From Promethearchaeota archaeon Loki_b32 (GTDB lineage: Archaea; Asgardarchaeota; Lokiarchaeia; Sigyniarchaeales; SOKP01), in contig NJBH01000060.1 of NCBI GenBank assembly GCA_005223125.1, positions 1-12,662 of the forward strand: a stretch of 12,662 nucleotides of DNA. Reading direction: 5' to 3'. Each line of letters opens with the position of its first letter. Position 1 is the first letter of the stretch. Made by a program: the position numbers and the translations under genes. Positions 8,245 through 12,662 of this stretch are shown one piece after another. The notes under the pieces were generated by a model, which was given only the letters and a program-made list of their open reading frames with translations, had not been told where the DNA came from and ran no database searches.

Positions 8245-8814
8245 ATGGAAATCTTACCATCTTTAAGTGATATTAAGCGTTTACGTAAAAAATTAAACAT
8301 AAGTCAAAAAACTTTGGGAGAAAAATTAAAGATCTCTCAATCAATAATTTCAAGGATAGAAAGTGGAGCAGTAGATCCTCCTTATTCTAAATTAAAAAGA
8401 ATTTATGAATATTTAGAGAATGAACGTAAGACAAGAGAAAAGTCAAGAAAACATGCAGAAGACATCATGACTCAAAATCTCCATTCCATAAATCTTAATT
8501 CTACTATAAGAGATGCTGTTGAGTTAATGAATAAATATGAAATCTCACAATTACCAATAATAGAAAATAATCTAAATTTAGGAAGCATCACATCTAAAAA
8601 AATACAGAAATCCATAACAGATAATCCACAGATTATTAATGTGGATGTATCTCTCATAAGAGAATTACCTTTTCCTGAAATTGATAAAAATTGGAATGTA
8701 AAGGATATATCTGATCTACTCCTGCAGTATCCAGCTGTTTTGGTAAGAGAAAACAATAATTACATTGGGATAATTACAGATTCTGATCTTCTTAAAATAA
8801 CTTTTAAAAAATAG
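8245..8814 (+). CDS. Xre/Cro-type HTH transcriptional regulator with a C-terminal CBS-domain pair (COG3620-like)
   Basis: HTH IKRLRKKLNISQKTLGEKLKISQSIISRIESGAVDP. CBS motifs AEDIMT..TIRDAVELMNKYEISQLPI and YIGIITDSDLL. Confidence 0.92.
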   Translation: MEILPSLSDIKRLRKKLNISQKTLGEKLKISQSIISRIESGAVDPPYSKLKRIYEYLENERKTREKSRKHAEDIMTQNLHSINLNSTIRDAVELMNKYEISQLPIIENNLNLGSITSKKIQKSITDNPQIINVDVSLIRELPFPEIDKNWNVKDISDLLLQYPAVLVRENNNYIGIITDSDLLKITFKK

Positions 8815-8923
8815 TATAATCTCCTAAATTAATCAACGTAAAACCAATATATTGGTAAAAATATATTACTTAATAGAAAAAAGAATAATTTTATTATACA
8901 ATATTGTTTTTTAAAGATTAGAT

Positions 8924-9925
8924 TTGATGATTGAAAAGATACTTCAAAGGATTGACGTTTTATTAAAGACCGCTAATTATGAAACATTGGCATTGGGTAA
9001 TTTTGCGGCGAAGAAAAGTAAATTCTGTTTTGATCTCTTAGTCAAGAAAGATGCTTTAGTATTTAGTGTAAAAATATTTCCTAATATTGATAACATAAAC
9101 CCAAGCATCCTCAGTGATATTAAATCTTTATCTACAATTCTCAAATCAAAACCTCTATTAATTGGAATTAGAAATCGATATCAAAAATTAGAAGATAATA
9201 CAATTTATATAAGAGAAGATTTACCATTTATCACACTTAATACATTTGAGAATATCCTTGAAAATAAATATCCCCATATTTTAGCAAGAAGGGGTGGTGG
9301 TGTAGTATTTTTAGATGGTACTTTAATGAAAACATTAAGAGAAGATCTTATCATAACAAGAAAAGAACTTTCTGAAAAATTAGGGATAACGAAGAGAACC
9401 CTATGTGCTTATGAAAATGAATCTATGCGACCTTCAGAGAAAATTGCTCAAAAAATATTAGAGATATTAGAAAATAAGGATCTTTTTAAAAAAATCAACA
9501 TATTTGGATGGCCTATTAAGATTGATATCGAAAACGTTGTATGTATCGAAGAAAAGGAATTAAGTGAATTTGAGGCTCATATTCAAGAAATTGTGAAAGA
9601 TATTGGCCTTTCTTCTTATTGGTATAAAAAAGGGTCAATCCCGTTCAAATTATCTTTATATTCTACTTCTGATAAAATAGAATCAGAGGGTTTTTATCCT
9701 CTCTTTTCTGGTATATCGGAAGAACAAGGGAAAATTAACGAAATGAGTTTTAAATGTCTAAAAATGTTTACAGAGGTATTCAACAAAACCTCATTATTCA
9801 TAATAGATAATGATATTAAAATTCCTGAAATATTTAAAAAAGATAAAATTCCTATTGTGAAAATTAAAAATTTAGAAAAAGTAGATGATGAAGAGGAGTT
9901 CATTGAACTCATCCAAGAATCATGA
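8924..9925 (+). CDS. Conserved archaeal HTH-type transcriptional regulator (COG1395-like)
   Basis: CFDLLVKK, PLLIG..LEDNTIYIR..LP, RRGGGVVFLDG and a central HTH (TRKELSEKLGITKRTLCAYENESMRPS). Start is TTG 8924 or ATG 8927. Confidence 0.85.
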   Translation: MMIEKILQRIDVLLKTANYETLALGNFAAKKSKFCFDLLVKKDALVFSVKIFPNIDNINPSILSDIKSLSTILKSKPLLIGIRNRYQKLEDNTIYIREDLPFITLNTFENILENKYPHILARRGGGVVFLDGTLMKTLREDLIITRKELSEKLGITKRTLCAYENESMRPSEKIAQKILEILENKDLFKKINIFGWPIKIDIENVVCIEEKELSEFEAHIQEIVKDIGLSSYWYKKGSIPFKLSLYSTSDKIESEGFYPLFSGISEEQGKINEMSFKCLKMFTEVFNKTSLFIIDNDIKIPEIFKKDKIPIVKIKNLEKVDDEEEFIELIQES

Positions 9926-10631
9926 AGATAAAATAGAATTAATTTGTGGGATTGACGAGGCTGGTAGAATTTAATTCACTTCGAATTTTATGTTAAAAGG
10001 CTCTGTCTTAGGCCCTATGGTTATCTGTGGAATTTGTTTTATTGAATCAAATTTAAGTTTTCTTCCTGAAATTGGAGTTAAAGATTCAAAAAAGACATCT
10101 CCGCATAAGAGGCATCAATTAGCTGAAATTTTGAAAAAAAAGTGCCATTCTCTTAAGATAATTGAAATTAGTGCTCAAGAAATTGATGAAAGGGAATTAA
10201 AAAAAATTACTATGAATCGACTTGAGGAGTTAAAAATGGCTGAAATAATTAACGATTTAAGGCCTGATATTATATACATTGATGCTGCTGATGTTAACGA
10301 AGAAAGATTTGGAATCTCAATTATGAATTTATTAGATTACAAGCCTAAAGAAATCATTTCTAAACATAAAGCTGATGATACTTTTCCTATAGTTTCAGCA
10401 AGTTCAATAGTGGCTAAAGACCGAAGAGATACTTTAATCGAAAAAATGTATAAAAATTACGGTTTTTTTGGTTCAGGTTATCCATCTGATATTAGAACGA
10501 TTAAATTTCTAAGAAATTATGCTAAAAAATATAAAAAAGTTCCTAAAATTGCACGGAAATCATGGAGTACGACAAAAAAAATAATAAATGAAGAAGTGTC
10601 TACAAAGAAAATAACTGATTTTCTTAATTAA
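9903..10631 (+). CDS. rnhB: Ribonuclease HII, split gene: predicted join(9903..9967,9998..10631), 232 aa
   Basis: Exon 1 (TTG 9903, with GAGGAG at 9893-9898; ATGs at 9885/9888 are alternatives) encodes ...ELICGIDEAGR. Exon 2 encodes GSVLGPMV, GVKDSKK, IYIDAAD, HKADD..PIVSASSIVAK, GSGYPSD, RKSWST and a PIP-box-like tail KKITDFL. The ORF-track call at 9990 lacks the first catalytic Asp/Glu. Confidence 0.93.
9968..9997 (+). other. Candidate 30-nt bulge-helix-bulge (archaeal endonuclease-type) intron in rnhB mRNA
   Basis: AATTTAATTCACTTCGAATTTTATGTTAAA contains an in-frame TAA (9972-9974). The 3-nt bulges AGA (9966-68) and AAA (9996-98) flank a 4-bp helix, UGGU 9962-65 with GUUA 9992-95. Removing the insert restores GGT AGA GGC (GRG). 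Confidence 0.8.
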
Positions 10632-11322
10632 TTTCTTTTTTGGCGATGAGAATTATATGATTTGCGGCATATTTATGAATATTTATGCTTTCTACAATAT
10701 TTAATCCATTTTTTTCAAGAATTCTCTTTTCTTGGGCATAAATTTGTTCAGATTTTTTTATGCTATCAATCGATTGAGATTTTATAGCAATAATTAATAT
10801 ACCATCATCTTTTAAGTAATAATTGCAATTTTCTAACGCAATTTCAGCTTGTCGTGGTTGAGCTACATCTTGATAAATTAGATCTACATTAGTAAAAATA
10901 TATTTAGCATAAGTTTCCGGAAAGCGAGCATCAGCTAAAATTGGAATAATATTTAGTCTCTTTGAGGTATTTTGAATTAACTGTCGCATACTTCTTTCTG
11001 CAAATTCTACACTATATATTATTCCTGAATGTATGATATCTGAAAGGTGAGAAATAGTTGTACCTGAAGATGCTCCTAAATACAAGCATTTTAAATCCTC
11101 ATAAAATAAATTCGTTAAAGGATTTTCTAAAATTAATGCTGCCAATTTACTTCTATAGGGATCCCATTCTCTATATTCAATTCCTTTATAGTTGATTAAT
11201 TTCTCTCCATACACTCGTTTCCCTTCCAATAAATTCGTTGTATAAAGCCTTAATCTTTCTTGGGGACCGGAAATAAACACATTGGAGAATTTGGGATGAT
11301 TTCTGATCTCTATTTTCGACAT
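10624..11322 (-). CDS. flpA: Fibrillarin-like rRNA/tRNA 2'-O-methyltransferase
   Basis: VYGEK, EYREWDPYRSKLAA, LYLGASSGTTISHLSDI, YSVEFA, NIIPILADARFP, DLIYQDVAQPRQ and IKSQSIDS motifs. Confidence 0.97.
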   Translation of the reverse strand: MSKIEIRNHPKFSNVFISGPQERLRLYTTNLLEGKRVYGEKLINYKGIEYREWDPYRSKLAALILENPLTNLFYEDLKCLYLGASSGTTISHLSDIIHSGIIYSVEFAERSMRQLIQNTSKRLNIIPILADARFPETYAKYIFTNVDLIYQDVAQPRQAEIALENCNYYLKDDGILIIAIKSQSIDSIKKSEQIYAQEKRILEKNGLNIVESINIHKYAANHIILIAKKEIN

Positions 11323-11337
11323 TTTTTCAGTCCTCTC

Positions 11338-12543
11338 TTATTTTCTTTTTTTTGATTTTTTTTTCTGACTCTTTAAGGGCTGTGCTTTTTTAGGAGGATT
11401 TGGATACTTTTTTTTAATTTCTTTTATTTTTTCATCAATTTCTTTTGACAATACGTCTCCTATGAATTCACCATTAAAATGATCAACTTTTGCGGCAAGT
11501 CCAACCTTACCTGCAACTACTCTAGCAATTTTTCCACGAGTCCACGGGGGGGATGATCGAATTAGATTCCATTGAAATATTAACCCGTGTTTTGGTCTTT
11601 TTTCACCTGTTTTAAGAAACCGATATAATGCTTTCTCAGCTCCTAATAACTGAATTCTTGAAGAAGGCATGTAAGCTAATTTTTGTAATCCTCCTGCTTT
11701 AGCTATTAATTTAGCTCCGATCAAGGAACCGATGAGAGTATTCATGTTTGGAGCAGTACTCTCCATTAATTCTTCTAAATATTTCTCTAATTGCTGACGG
11801 TAAGTATCTAAAGAAATAATTTGTTCAGCATAATTTTGTAGAATGTTAATATCAATATTTGCTCCCATTGATCCTAGAGCAAATTTCTCCAATTTTTTTA
11901 TTTTACTTTCTTTTAAATCAAAGATTTTTTCTATTTTTTCAAACGTGAAATTTTCTCTTGAACCTAAATTTGAAATCAAATTTGCTAAAGTAATATTATC
12001 TTCAATAATCTTATCAGTCAATTCAGGGAAATGTAAGCCATACCATTCTCTAAGATGACTAGAAAATAAACTAAGAGATTTTTTTAATACATCTAAAACG
12101 GTAATAATTTGAGTAATAACATTATCGGAATGTCCGCTTGCTTGACTAATCATTCTTCTTGTTAAGTCCTCACTTACTCTTTTGTATTGTGTAAGAATTT
12201 CTTCATTCGTTTTATTTATTCCAATTTCTTTTAGATGTTCTTCTAAACTTAAACGAAAAGCTTTAAGTTCTATTGATTTACTTTCAAGAAAGGTTTTAAT
12301 TTCAAGTTTTTTTGAAGCTAATGACTCTAATTTTGCATTATCAAAAATAAATTGATTAAAACCTGAATTTTTTAATTCTAGCAAAAAATTCTCAAATACT
12401 TTTTGAATAATATTATTTTCTAATGCGTTATAAAATTCAACAATTTTCTCAGAATCATTATCAAAATCAATGAAATTTAAGATGTTTCCAGTCTCATCAA
12501 ATGCAAAAATTCCAATTAATGTATCTGTTATGTAAGACTTCAT
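11338..12543 (-). CDS. nop5: Box C/D RNP protein Nop5 (Nop56/58 homolog)
   Basis: LREWYGLHFPEL, APNM..LIG..IGAKLIAKAGGL..LA.MPSSRIQLLGAEKALYR, PKHGLIFQ, RGKIAR and a Lys-rich tail. Lies directly upstream of flpA with a 15-nt spacer containing GAGAGGA. Confidence 0.97.
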   Translation of the reverse strand: MKSYITDTLIGIFAFDETGNILNFIDFDNDSEKIVEFYNALENNIIQKVFENFLLELKNSGFNQFIFDNAKLESLASKKLEIKTFLESKSIELKAFRLSLEEHLKEIGINKTNEEILTQYKRVSEDLTRRMISQASGHSDNVITQIITVLDVLKKSLSLFSSHLREWYGLHFPELTDKIIEDNITLANLISNLGSRENFTFEKIEKIFDLKESKIKKLEKFALGSMGANIDINILQNYAEQIISLDTYRQQLEKYLEELMESTAPNMNTLIGSLIGAKLIAKAGGLQKLAYMPSSRIQLLGAEKALYRFLKTGEKRPKHGLIFQWNLIRSSPPWTRGKIARVVAGKVGLAAKVDHFNGEFIGDVLSKEIDEKIKEIKKKYPNPPKKAQPLKSQKKKSKKRK

Positions 12544-12662
12544 TTTGATAGGTTAATTTAAAGTTATTTTTCCTTTATTAATAATTATTATAAAATTATA
12601 ATCATTATTGTCTTTTAAAAAATGCTAGAAGTAAATCTATCTGGTTTAAAATTAAAATCTCC

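Noticed and set aside
9922-9936. ATG overlapping the upstream stop (ATGA) as the rnhB start
   Set aside because: Wrong frame: it reads ATG AAG ATA AAA TAG.
9969-9998. Stop read-through, or simple pseudogene, as the explanation for split rnhB
   Set aside because: Read-through would put 10 extra residues into the active-site motif, and TAA is not a Sec/Pyl codon. The insert is not a duplication of flanking sequence and the gene is otherwise intact. A pseudogene is disfavoured but not formally excluded without RNA data.
9964-9999. Spliceosomal-looking GT...AG 36-nt intron at the same rnhB site
   Set aside because: Removal is in frame but gives DEAGSVLGP, deleting the conserved Arg-Gly of the GRG motif. 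The BHB junctions restore the motif exactly.
9990-10631. ORF-track start at ATG 9990 for RNase HII
   Set aside because: This ATG lies inside the insert, and the product would lack the first catalytic Asp/Glu.
10624-10631. TTAATTAA palindrome at the rnhB/flpA junction
   Set aside because: Fully explained by the overlapping TAA stop codons of two convergent genes.
426-12058. Short ORF-track entries 426..725, 5729..6019, 6622..6852, 7037..7330, 7699..7926, 7821..8039, 8472..8756, 9694..9912 and 11843..12058
   Set aside because: They are antisense or alternate-frame shadows overlapping better-supported genes and have no recognisable motifs.

Overview
AT-rich archaeal chromosomal segment, most likely Asgard/Lokiarchaeia-like (inferred from gene content and composition, not verified). 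In order, it carries: a partial SmAP3-type Sm/Lsm gene; hypB; two tandem AN1-zinc-finger membrane proteins (a rhomboid-like pseudoprotease and an M50 site-2 protease); an uncalled 53-aa ORF; two membrane-anchored hexapeptide-repeat proteins; two small Zn-ribbon proteins; archaeal SAM synthetase divergent from an HTH-CBS regulator; a COG1395-type HTH regulator; RNase HII; fibrillarin; and Nop5. The main finding is in the RNase HII gene. Its catalytic DEAGRG motif is split by a 30-nt stop-containing insertion (9968-9997) that folds into a bulge-helix-bulge (BHB) motif. Cutting at the canonical BHB positions restores DEAGRGSVLGPMV exactly, which makes it a candidate endonuclease-spliced mRNA intron in a protein-coding gene. 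Secondary findings are non-canonical start codons, a box C/D-like element overlapping a CTG start, a possible membrane quality-control gene pair and a possible SAM-sensing regulator. I saw no rRNA, tRNA, CRISPR array or mobile element.
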